A stretch of DNA of 64,000 nt from Eledone cirrhosa (Eukaryota), in assembly GCA_964016885.1 (NCBI GenBank), contig OZ024747.1, positions 54,994,001 through 55,058,000 on the forward strand, read 5' to 3'. The notes beneath the pieces were generated by a model, which was given only the letters and a program-made list of their open reading frames with translations, searched no databases and was not told the origin of the DNA. A program made the position numbers and the translations under genes. Below, piece after piece: positions 1 through 13,148 of the stretch; within the stretch, counting starts at the first letter, position 1, and every line of letters begins with the position of its first letter.

Positions 1-14
1 TATATATTTATATG

Positions 15-60
<46 letters not shown>

Positions 61-62
61 CT

Positions 63-174
<112 letters not shown>

Positions 175-909
175 GTTATAGAGTCATTTATATAAAAGTA
201 ACAGAACAAATTGCGTAAATTATGCCTTATATGCGAAAGAAACAATGTAGAATAATCTTCCACGACTTGACAACATCTCATCATTTCGCCATGTCATCTT
301 CACGTACATCATATTCTTCAAGTAAATCCATCAAAACCATTCCTCTCATTCATATCTGAAGCATACCCCAGCCACACAATGTATTAACATTTCTTATTTT
401 CATAATTACATATAAGGGCTAACTGACATCTTCAGAAACTAATTTACAAAATCATTACTGACTGACTAACAAAATGGCCGCCTTTTTTCTCAAGAATATT
501 TACGCTACAAAATACACAAAAAGAAACCAAACTAAAAAATAAACATATAACAAAAAAGCAAAAAAGCATGTTTAGCGGTAGAGAGACATGAATTTTCAAT
601 CTGTAATTAAACCCACATACTTTCGCCTTTATTGAATTTCACCAATATTTATTGTTTATTATTGTTTTTTGTTAAGTATTATTATTATTTATTTATTAAC
701 TAATTTGTTTATTTATTTGTTTGTTTATAGTATTTATGCTTATTGCTATTGCTTTATTCATAATGTTTTATTCATTGTACGCTTATATATATATATATTT
801 GTGTGTACGTGTTTATATATATATATGTGCGTGTGTGTGTATGTGTGTGTATATGTATACATATATTTATATATATATATGTACATATATATGTGTGTAA
901 GTGTGTATG

Positions 910-952
<43 letters not shown>

Positions 953-1887
953 ATGTATATGCGTGTGCGTGTATATATAAACTTTTGCATGGGAAATATT
1001 TCCTATATAATTGTTATATATAGTATATATTACAGTTATCATTAATATTATTATCTTTTATACATTCTTGGTGACGAGAGGAGATGATGAGATTGATTGA
1101 AGCGGGGGAGGAAACACACACACATACTCACAAATACTCACAAAAACACAGACCCCCACACACTCATATGTATATATGCATGTATGTATGTGTGTACGTA
1201 TTTATGCATGTAATTATATATAAAAAAAAAAACAGAACAGTTCGATGACTGCAACAACATTACCCTGCAGGGATGTTGTGAAGAAATACATTTAAAAAGT
1301 AAAAAATAATCAGAAAACTGGAATTATTAACAACCCTAGAAAGTTTTCTATAAATAATTGTCATCTGAACTAAAAGACTCACTTAACAAAATGGCGTATT
1401 TTTTCGAAGTCAATTTTTCATATACAAACGTTTGGAAACAAACATCTTTCTCTGAAGTTAGAGAAATAAATAGGGAGTTATATGTGTATTTATGCTGTCA
1501 GTGGGATATTTTAAGTGATTTTACCATGCATTTCTTTTCTATTTGTTTCCAGAAATGTCCATTTGTATTGAGCTATTTATTATTGTTGCTCATGTTTCGG
1601 TTATGTTGGAGTTATATGATGTTATGTTACGAGATGATATGGTTTCATTGTAATTATGCGTTTATTGTGTTATTCAATCTGCAACTTGCTTTCATAACCC
1701 TTAATTCGTACACTTTCATTTTCATTGGAATTATTCATATTCCACCATACAATACACACACATACACACATACACAGAGACACACACATGACCATACATG
1801 TTTACGTACATATATATAGACTGTCATTCATACAGACGCATACATTCTCTCTCTTATATGTATATATATAAATGTGTGTGTGTGTGC

Positions 1888-1922
<35 letters not shown>

Positions 1923-1931
1923 CGCACATAC

Positions 1932-2103
<172 letters not shown>

Positions 2104-2579
2104 GATAAACTGGTTTTAAGCACATATGTGTGGACATCATAATAAACCCCAAAACGTTTCAATGCAATAAGCTACATACATAATATACAAATAGATAATG
2201 CATACATCATTAACAATACTGCACCGCATATCTGTATAAACCAAACACTAAATGTATATATACATATATATATATACATACATTTTCCACTAGAACAACC
2301 CATATAGTTACACATAGAAAATATATGAATATACAAATATATATGCATAGAGAAAATCTTGACACAATTACAAATATTACAAAATTATAATTATAAAATA
2401 TACATATATATATATGTGTGTGTATGTATGTGTGAGTGTGTGTGTGTGGTTGTGTCGGAGTGTGTGAGTGTATATGTACAGATACATGTCCCTATATATT
2501 TATAACTAGCAGACATGTGAGTTGCTTCCCTTGTACGACGAAATTACTTTGTATGTCGAGGTCTCATACATGTAATAAC

Positions 2580-2768
2580 TGTTTCTAATTCTGGCACAAG
2601 GCCAGCAATTACTCAGTACATTACTGGTACTTTATGTTATCGACTCCGTAAGGATGAAAGGCAAAGTTGACCTCGGTGGGATTTGAACTCAGAATGGAAA
2701 GGGCCGTAACTCTATGCGTCAAAGCATGACGTCCGATCCTCTACCGATACTGCCAATCCACCGCTTTA
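2580..2768 (-). mobile_element. tRNA-derived SINE with target-site duplication
   Basis: A box tggcagtatcgg, B box gagttcaaatccc, core gcctttcatccttacggggtcgataa. TSD tcatacatgtaataac at 2564 and 2769. Confidence 0.88.
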
Positions 2769-3019
2769 TCATACATGTAATAACGTCCAGCTATCTTGGT
2801 TTTGCCAGATGATAACTAAACTAGCAGGCATAGAATATCTATGTTCTATGTTGTTTGAGGTTTGTGTTGAGATCTTATACAGATAATATATGTTGGCGCT
2901 TATTTTCTTTCATCGATCTATTTCTTCGGAAACTCTTGGAGCTATAAATCTTTATATATGTATATCGATATATTCCCTGCCCCTGTCTCTCTCTTTCTCT
3001 CTTTTTCACTCTCTCTCTG

Positions 3020-3144
<125 letters not shown>

Positions 3145-3413
3145 GTATGTGTGGTTAGAGAACTAGCAAAACGCCCATCTGACCTGTAACAGTTATAGAC
3201 CGACGAATAGGAAAATGATAGTATGCACAAAGGCATAATCAAGGCGGTTCTTTTTATAAGTATTCATTTGAATACTATACACGTTCAGGCACCGAAACAG
3301 TACCTCTCTACCCGCCTGTGCCACCATAGTTTGAAATCTTCATGGTAATTTTACAGAATGAAGCATAATATGAAGATCAAACTCTGTTCACAATGCATAA
3401 ATGTTTTGATCTC

Positions 3414-3597
3414 AGGATTGGCAGTATCGGTAGAGGGTCGGACGCCATGCTTAGCAGCAAAGGGTTACGGCCGTTTATGGTCTGAGTTCAAATCCCGCCG
3501 AGGTTAACTTTGCCTTTCATCTTTACGGGTTCGATAAAATAAAGCACCAGTAACACACTGGGATAATTGCTGGCCTTGTGCCAAAAGTAGAATTATT
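3414..3597 (+). mobile_element. tRNA-derived SINE
   Basis: Full match to the family seen throughout the window. Confidence 0.85.
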
Positions 3598-3860
3598 CTT
3601 TTTCTTAACTTACAAAGCCTATATTTTTTTCTCATTTAACTGTAAATATTGTTGAGTTTTTTTTTCTATTTTCTCTCTTTTTATATTCAGTTTTTGTTAA
3701 TGTCCTAACGTAGTACATTACAATTCTTAAAATATTTTCTGGTATGATAATACTTTTATATTTGCCGCCATCTTTTCTGGATTTATTTTTAACTATATTT
3801 CATTTTGAATTCTGAGAAATGGTGAAAATAAATATATACATAGAAAAATATATTAAAAAA
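3598..3860. repeat. AT-rich interspersed repeat; other copies at about 4720-4975 and 8762-8985
   Basis: tttaactgtaaatatt...acattacaattcttaaaatattttct...gccatc...ttttgaattctg is shared by three loci. Confidence 0.8.
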
Positions 3861-5069
3861 GGAAGAAATATATGTTTTTACGGAGAAACTGATTTTATGA
3901 TACATAAATCACAAAAAGAAAACAAAACAAGAGTAAGAAGCTTAAACAGTTTTTTTTTAGAAGAAAATATAATGTCGTTTTATATAAATAATATTTGAAT
4001 AACTCGGACAGAGCTCTGGTGCAAGAGAATGGAAAAAGTGGATAGAAACGACTGTGGGAATCGAAGCACTCATCTGCTGTATGATGGTCGACGGCGTCTA
4101 ATATTTTGCAATCTGATCCAAGAGAATGTAATTAACACACGCCTTGTAGCAATTCTCAATAGTGTTAATTTTTGTTTACATTACGGTCACCATAATTGGA
4201 TACGATTTGACTGCGCTTTCCTTTAAACTAGTTACCGGCACCTAGTTAGAAATCAGTATGGTTCTATTCACAGTAGAATACATGAATGTTTTCACCTTTT
4301 ATGCAGCTCTTGTTCTTTCTTTTTTTTTCGGCTTTACCTCTTTTAAATATATATATTTTTTTTAAATAAAAGAAATGTTCACGTAAAAAGAGAAAACAAC
4401 GTATGTGAAGTGAAAGAAATGAAAAACAACAACATGAATAACATTAGCAATAATAATAAAAATAATAAAATAATCAAGGAAAAAGTATAAAAATTCGGAA
4501 AAAAAATTAAGATACAACATAATAGAAGAAATGTTACAATTGGAAGTGTAATGTTTACAAGGTGATTAATTTTCAACTGACTGAAAATTCTGCACTGAAT
4601 TTCAAAGAAACCCAAATTTAGAGGTGAAATAATTTATTTTATATTTTTTTAAATTTTGTTTCGATACTTCATATTTATATCTTATTCCTTTCTTTAAACA
4701 CCATATCGATTTTTTTTTATTAGTATTTTCTATATTTATTCCTCGTTTAACTGTAAATATTATTCAGTCTTTTTCTAATTTCTCTGTTTTTATATTTTAT
4801 ATTTTTTTTATGTTCTGACGTAGAACATTACAATTCTTAAAATATTTTCTATATTATAATACTTTTATATTTACTGCCATCATTTCTGGTTTTATTTTTA
4901 ACTATATTACATCTTTGAATTCTGGAAAATGTTGAAAATAAATACATAGAAAAATATATAAAAAATGAAGAAATTTAAATGAAAAAATAAGTAATTTTAA
5001 AGTACGAAATGGAAAATTATCGTGTAAATATAATATATTTTTTATATTATATATATATATATATATATA

Positions 5070-5395
5070 ATTGGTGTTGGATGCTTAACGCGTCCATATA
5101 CGGTAGGCCGTATGAGCACTAGATGCTCTCATATAGCAGAGTAAGATATCACAGAAAAAAAGTGAATTAGTGTTGCGACGAATGGAATTTAATGGACATA
5201 TTACAATCGTTTCTCTGGTGACCAGCTCAAGGCACGATCGATGTGATGATCGAACCTAACTCTGAATTACGCAAGGTCCTCAGATACGTCTTGATTCTAC
5301 GAAGCAGACCTGGTCGCCAGAGAAACGATTGTAATATGTCCATTAAATTCCATTCATCGCAACACTGATTCTCTTTTTTTCTGTGATATTTATAA
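5070..5395 (-). mobile_element. Fold-back element, family J, with a decayed HHR 3' half
   Basis: Inverted arms 5146-5227 / 5308-5390 containing ctgg-tcg-ccag a GAAA cgattg TA; tail 5070-5145 ends in (TA)n. Confidence 0.55.
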
Positions 5396-5625
5396 GGTCG
5401 TTTTCTGTGATATATATAAGGTCGTTCTAAAAACAAAACAATACCTCCCACGTTAACCAAGAACTCCTAACCAACAACCAACAACTTAATTTATAAAATA
5501 ATTTTTTTTAAGAAAAAACTTTTTCTTATCCGGAAGAAAATTCTTTTTGGATTTTGTGAAGAAAATAAATTTGTTGAAAGCACAAGTGAAGCCATTTTTT
5601 CTTCCCCCCTGTCTTAATATATATA

Positions 5626-6150
<525 letters not shown>

Positions 6151-6151
6151 A

Positions 6152-6545
6152 TAATTGATTCTACTTTTGGCACAAAGCCAGCAATTATCCCAGTGATTTT
6201 CTGGTACTTTAGTTTATCGACCTCGTAAGGATGAAACGCAAAGTTAACCTCGGCGGGATTTGAACTCAGATCATAAAGGGCCGTAACTCTTTGCTGCAAA
6301 GCATGGCGTCCGATCCTCTACCGATACTGCCAATCCACCGCCTTAAGTTAAGAATAATTGTTTCTACTTTTGGCACAAGGCCAGCAATTATTCTAGTGTA
6401 TTACTGGTACTTTATTTTATCGACCCCGAAAGGATGAAAGGCAAAGTTAACCTCGGCGGGATTTGAACTCAGTCCGTAAAGGGACGTAACTGTGCTGCAA
6501 AGCATGGCGTCCGACCCTCTACTGATACTGCCAAACCACCGACCG
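6152..6545 (-). mobile_element. Two tandem SINE copies
   Basis: Copies at 6152-6345 and 6356-6545; agttaagaataattg duplicated around the first. Confidence 0.85.
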
Positions 6546-6631
6546 CCACTACATGATTGTTTCTGGCTAGTAATCTGCATAGCTAATCACCTCTCTCTCC
6601 TCCTGATTAGCTTACTTGCTTTTTACCTTAA

Positions 6632-6716
<85 letters not shown>

Positions 6717-6870
6717 TATATATATATGTGTGTGTGTGTGTATGTGTGAGTGTGTATATGTGTGTGTGTATGCGTGCGTGTGGGTAAAAGGTAAACAGAA
6801 ATAACAACACAATCGGTACGGTATATAGAAGAAATATATTAGCTTAACGCTTGCAAAAGCGGGAAAAGTG

Positions 6871-6906
6871 TCTTAACGTTTCGAACGCCAATCCTTCATC
6901 AGAAGA
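6871..6906 (-). ncRNA. Minimal PLE-type hammerhead, family H
   Basis: tctt CTGATGA a gga-ttggcg-ttc GAAA cg TT aaga, with an AACGTT palindrome at stem III; lies between microsatellites. Confidence 0.62.
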
Positions 6907-6915
6907 AAGAATGAG

Positions 6916-6953
<38 letters not shown>

Positions 6954-6955
6954 CA

Positions 6956-6991
<36 letters not shown>

Positions 6992-7028
6992 TATATATAT
7001 TATATATATATTATATGTATATATAAAT

Positions 7029-7097
<69 letters not shown>

Positions 7098-7218
7098 TAT
7101 ATATATACATATATTATATATATAATATGTATTTATGTATATATATATACATATATATTTATATATATATATATATATGCATATATATATTATATATATA
7201 TTATATGTATATATAAAT

Positions 7219-7299
<81 letters not shown>

Positions 7300-7357
7300 T
7301 ATATATATACATATATTATATATATAATATGTATTTATGTATATATATATACATATA

Positions 7358-7438
<81 letters not shown>

Positions 7439-7602
7439 CTGTGTGTATATGTATATGTATATGTATATATCTGTGTGTGTGTATATATGTATATATATAT
7501 ATATATATAAAGAGAGATAGAGATAGAGATAGATAGAGAGATAGAGAGAGAGAGGGGGGCAGAGATAGAGAGAGGGAGTGAGAGAGAGAGAGAGAGAGAG
7601 AG

Positions 7603-7666
<64 letters not shown>

Positions 7667-8128
7667 GAGGGAGATGTATGTATGTGTGTATTTTTTTAAA
7701 TCAATATAGAATCAATACTGACAGACAGATATATATGGCTTTAATAATATATTGGTGAATACGTAATCGTGAAATATTGACTTATCATATAGTATAGTGT
7801 TATATATGATTTATATTGATAAACTTTGTCTGTCTGATCGGTTGTAATGAAGGATTAGAGTTTATTTATTTGAAACCCTGACATTCAACGCGAGGGCTAC
7901 AATTTCAATCGATGGACAGCTTCATGAAACATTCAACATTGAAATCTAGAATCCATTTTGTCGCCTTCCGATTATAAACACTATAGTTTATTTACTTGAG
8001 TACTACGTATATTAATCGATATAAAATCCTAGTCTCACACACGCAAACACGCACACACAAACACATGCAGACACACACACACGCGCACATACACACACAT
8101 ACACACACACATATATATAATAATAGAA

Positions 8129-9172
8129 GGTCAATTAGTTAAGCCTTCATTACGTTTATTGGTTGGTGACGGGAGTTTCGCTATATCAGCTTATGGTTCG
8201 ATCTGGCCCGAATCTGGAATCAAAAGCTCGTCGGACCTCTGTCGTTGTAGTGTTCATTCTATCATTACAACAGCAGAAATCCGATGAGCTTTTGATTCCA
8301 GATTCGGGCCAGATCGATACAGATCGAACCTTGAGCTGATCAATAGCGAAACGCACGCTACCAATGAATAAACGTAATGAAGGGTTAACTAATGTCCTTG
8401 ATTGGCAGTATCGGGAGAGGGTCGGACGCCATGCTTTGCAGCAAAGAGTTACGGCCCTTGCCATTCTGAGTTCAAATCTCGCCGAGGTTAACTTTGCCTT
8501 TCATCCTTACGGGGTCGATAAAATAAAGTACCAGTAATGCACCGGATGATTGCTGGCCTTGTGCCAAATGTAGAAACAATTATATTTAAACTCGGTGGAT
8601 TGGCAGAATCGGTAGAGGGCCGGATGCTATGCTTTGGCGCACAGAGTAACGGCCCTTGCCATTCTGAGTTCGAATCCCGCCGGGGTTAACTTTGCCTTTC
8701 ATCCTTACGGGGCCGATAAAATAAAGCACCAGTAACACATGTGTCAAAAGTAGAAACAATTCTTTTTCTTTAATTACAAAGCCTATATTTTTTTTCTCGT
8801 TTAACTGTAAATATTGTTGAGTTTTTTTCTAATTTCTTTGATTTTATATTCAGTTTTTTTTTAATGTTCTGACGTAGTACATTAGAATTCTTAAAATATT
8901 TTCTGGTATTATAATACTTTTACATTTGCCGCCATCATTTCTTGTTTTATTTTTAACTATACTTCATTTTTGAATTCTGAGCAATGGTTAACTTAGCCTT
9001 TCATCCTTACGGAGCCGATAAAAATAAAGTACCAGTAATGCACTGGTTAATTGCTGGCCTTTTAGAAATTATATTTACACTCTATTTAGCTCTACACCTC
9101 GCTACAGACATGAACCTAAACATCGAGTGCTCACCTCGGTTAACCTACAATAACTTCACCTTACACTCCCTG
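8129..9172 (+). mobile_element. HHR fold-back element, family D, copy 1, split by nested SINE and repeat insertions (8400-9070)
   Basis: Inverted arms 8129-8250 / 8265-8399 with HHR-like folds at 8165-8237 (-) and 8278-8362 (+); stem II closes gct/agc. The tail resumes at 9072-9172. Confidence 0.7.
8399..9070 (+). mobile_element. SINE cluster (two near-full copies, one partial) plus an AT-rich repeat
   Basis: Copies at 8399-8582, 8594-8762 and 8986-9070. Confidence 0.82.
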
Positions 9173-9180
9173 TGTATATA

Positions 9181-9263
<83 letters not shown>

Positions 9264-9290
9264 GGGTGCGTATGATTGTGTAGAGAAGAT

Positions 9291-9686
9291 TATATTAATA
9301 AAAGGAATTCCAGCTTTATCTGATTTACTCGTTTTATTTACAATCCTTTAACATTTTATAATGGTATTAGAAAGCAATAGTATGGTAGAATATTAAATGT
9401 TAAGTGTTAATTGAACAAGTACTTTCATGCTTTCGCAATCTTCAGGTTCATTTGCTGTGGTGACAGTCATCTTTGCATTGTTCAACTGGGTTGAAAACTG
9501 CAAACATGCAAACTTGACTGTCACCACAGAATGTGAACCTGAAGATTGCGAAAGCATGAAAGTACTTGTTCAATTAACACTTAACATTTATATTCTACCA
9601 TAGTATTTCATTCTAATACCATTATACAATTTTAAAGGATTGTAAAATAAAACGAGTAAATCAGACAAAGTTGGAATTCCTTTTAT

Positions 9687-9693
<7 letters not shown>
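9291..9693. mobile_element. HHR fold-back element, family B (about 190-bp inverted arms)
   Basis: 9291-9478 is the imperfect reverse complement of about 9506-9693; the right end runs into (TA)n. Confidence 0.78.
9534..9572 (+). ncRNA. Minimal type I hammerhead, family B (mirror on the - strand at 9412-9450)
   Basis: tgaac CTGAAGA ttgc-gaaa-gcat GAAA gtac TT gttca. 5-bp stem I, GAAA-capped stem II, palindromic GTAC stem III. Confidence 0.8.
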
Positions 9694-9736
<43 letters not shown>

Positions 9737-9741
<5 letters not shown>

Positions 9742-10062
9742 TCTGAACATTAATCAGTATACACTGAGGAGGAAAATCTCAGAGCTGTATGGGAGCCTCC
9801 CAAAAGTCAGCGCAAAATTGACACAGAGGAGACTGATGTTAGCTGGACATGGTCACCGTCATCCAGAATTGACATTGCACTCAGTGCTCTTGTGGGAGCC
9901 CCTACATGGAGACACTGGAAGAGGAAGACCAAGGTAACGTATATTGATGCCCTAATGACAGATACTGGTCTGTTGGAGACGCAGGACATGGCAGCGATAA
10001 TGTGGGACAGAGACCGCTGGAGAGAACTCGTCCATGGATCTCGGAAATTTTACCCGCCCTAA
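9737..10062 (+). mobile_element. RTE-clade LINE 3' fragment
   Basis: Translation ELYGSLPKVS...RRLMLAGH.HRHPE...LLWEP.HG..GRGRP..TYID.L..DTG...DRDRWRELV is typical of the RTE C-terminus; flanked by (TA)n. Confidence 0.75.
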
Positions 10063-10063
10063 A

Positions 10064-10120
<57 letters not shown>

Positions 10121-10502
10121 CATATGTATGTTCGGCGTATAATGTGTATGCCTTATTGAGAATCTCCCCGTTAGTCTTCCACGGGCGACTGATAACATTC
10201 AGTAAGACCACAACCACCAACATCACCACCAGTACCAACACCACCAGTATTAGCACAAACACCTATTCAACTACCACCGTCACCACCACCACACCTGCCA
10301 TCACCACCACCATCACCACCAACATCACCGCCATCAACTCCACCGCCACCATCGTCTCAAAGAAGTTGGTAGAAACAGTTATCTGTGGTAATCTCCACCG
10401 ATCCCATCTTAGAGACACCTAGACACACACAACCACTTCTCCACCTAATACATATCACTATATATACTGCTGCTACTAATACTACTGCTCCTGCTGTTGC
10501 TG

Positions 10503-10553
<51 letters not shown>

Positions 10554-11066
10554 TTACTACTACTACTACCGCTGCTGTTGCTGTTGCTGCTTCGACAAAC
10601 ACCACCACTACTACTAGACATCTTAGCACTTCATTTCTACCTTTACTACCCAATCATACTAATCATTAAACCAATCTTTAATTAGTGCAATTAAAACAAT
10701 TAATTAGAATAAATACTAAGACATAAGGAAAATATTTGATAAAAATCTATCTCAAATTGTGTGTAGTAATAAAAGATACTGTTACCGGTTGTATAGCATC
10801 ATTATTGTTTGTTGTGGTGAGGTAGATGGCGTTTGGTTCTAATTGGTGTGGTTATGGTTGTAGAGCTATGGCTATTGTTCGTCCGCAGGTACATATATAC
10901 AAACGTACATCCAGACACTCACAAACACACGCATGTATGTAGATATATACATATACATATATATAAGCCTATATATATATATATATATACACACACATAC
11001 ACACAAACATACAAACACGCATACACAAACACACATACACACACACGCACATACACACATACACAC

Positions 11067-11114
<48 letters not shown>

Positions 11115-11519
11115 TAACAATAATAATGATAATAATAATAATAATAATAATAACAACAACAACAATAATAATAATAATAATGAGTAAAATCGAAGTTGCA
11201 GTTGCAATTAGCCTTTTTCGAAATCAATTTTCTACGGCTTGCAAAAGAACTCAATGAGTCCATGTCGATAAATCGAGAAATTATAGTTCAGAGTAATAAC
11301 AATATTTTATAGTGGGACACCGTGAACATGCTACCGGAGGCAAGTTGCCTACAAAGCCACTACAACAGCGAAAATACAAACAGGTTAAAGACGAACCTGT
11401 ATCAGATCGGCAGATATACAAATATCAAAAGCTACACTCCACGTTGCGTAACGTGCTAGCCAGTAATGTATCCTAAGCTGGAACGAGGATGTCCCTTTCT
11501 CAACAGGCGATTCGTTCCT

Positions 11520-11595
<76 letters not shown>

Positions 11596-11599
<4 letters not shown>

Positions 11600-11821
11600 T
11601 TTTGAGTTGACTTTTGGGAGGCTCCCATACAGCTCTGAGTTTTTCATCCTCAGTGTATACTGATTAACGTTCAGAGCCATCATCAGCATTCTCGTGTAGC
11701 ACCCATCCACCATCTGAGGAGACTGAGGTTAGCTGGAGATGCAGGATATGGCAGCGATAATGAGGGACAGAGACCGCTGGAGAGAACTCGTCCATGGATC
11801 TCGGGAATTTTACCCGCCCTA

Positions 11822-11822
<1 letters not shown>
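11596..11822 (+). mobile_element. RTE-clade LINE 3' fragment with a 5' inversion and an internal deletion
   Basis: 11596-11710 is an inverted upstream segment (DGCYTRML.MALN); 11716-11822 is forward and matches parts of 9826-10060. Confidence 0.75.
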
Positions 11823-11874
<52 letters not shown>

Positions 11875-12523
11875 TGTTTTGCAAGGTTTTTGATATGAAA
11901 TCGTGTGCTGAAAGAAATATTGTTATATTTGTGGAGGGTCATATTGTTTTAATATTGCCAGAAGTAGTAATAAAACACACTCAATGCCAGGCAAAGACGT
12001 GATGGTCATATAGACAACATGGAATTTAAAATAATATCTAAACATAGAAATGTCTCAACAGGTAGACGCATTAGAGAATTAACTGAAATGGATCTAAGAA
12101 AACCGAATCTGAGCAGAAAAAATGAATGGAATAACAACCACAACCCCACATATACACACACTAGTGAATAAAGATAGAATACAAACACACACCAAACAGA
12201 AAAAAAACACAAACGCATGCGTAAACAGAGACAAGAATATAAAAATAAATAAAAATAAAAATGGAATAGTAATTACAATGCAATGGGAGGAAAGAAAATA
12301 CTACCACTGATGATGTCACAGGTGTGTTATGAAAGAAATTTGATAGACTATATATGTATATTTATATCTATATATTTAACCGTTGGTCAATCAATGATAA
12401 TCATTGATTGCCAGATAAATTAAGTATATGGATATAATATATACAGCAGCGTAAACAAACGTAACCCTCCTTAAATATAATATATGTATATATAAGTTTC
12501 ATGTATACGATATATATATATTT

Positions 12524-13134
12524 GGCACAAAATTCTCTAAAAGGTTACAAAATAAATTCCCAGATACGGGCACGAAATTTAATGTACTTGTTCACGTGAC
12601 AGTATTAATTTCATTTATAACCAATCAAATTACATTTATAAAAAAAACCTTCCTGAGCCAGTTTTGTTAAAGTAAAAAGAAATTCAAACACAAAATGGCG
12701 CGTAAGCTGATATGCTTATTCACGTGACTGCATCAACCATCCAAACTTCACTCATATATGAAAAAAACAACCTGAGCCCACATAAAAAAAAACCACACCC
12801 TTTGTTTGAAGAACTTTGTAACGCGAACTGCCGCGAAATTTATTATACTTATTCACCAACCAACCAAATTACTTCCCTAAAAACCTGGCATTTGGAGCCA
12901 CTTTTTTCTATATGAAACAGAAGTAACATTCAAAGACCAATCAGATGTGAGAAAAACCACAAACCCTCCATCTCAATCCTACTTTTGAAAAGCAGAAGAA
13001 CTGCGAAACCGGTAAAGGAACCAAATAAATATATATATATTTTTAAAAATAAGACTCTAGCTGCATTTTCGATATCATCTTTTTTCCTTAAACTTTCACT
13101 CGTGTAGGACACCTCGCTTATTTTTCATTTTGTA
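12524..13134 (+). mobile_element. 3' terminal fragment of a related PLE, tail-to-tail with the 13149-16378 copy
   Basis: Similar to about 63280-63822 (aaattctctaaaagg...ttttcattttgtaa); flanked by TA tracts. Confidence 0.85.
12982..13017 (+). ncRNA. U3-A8 hammerhead in the PLE 3' fragment
   Basis: Identical to the 63668-63703 motif although the flanks have diverged. Confidence 0.72.
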
Positions 13135-13148
13135 ATATATATATATCT

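Noticed and set aside
3195-3312. Possible split hammerhead (taga CCGACGA ... GAAAcagtacctc tcta)
   Set aside because: Stems II and III do not pair convincingly and there is no second copy.
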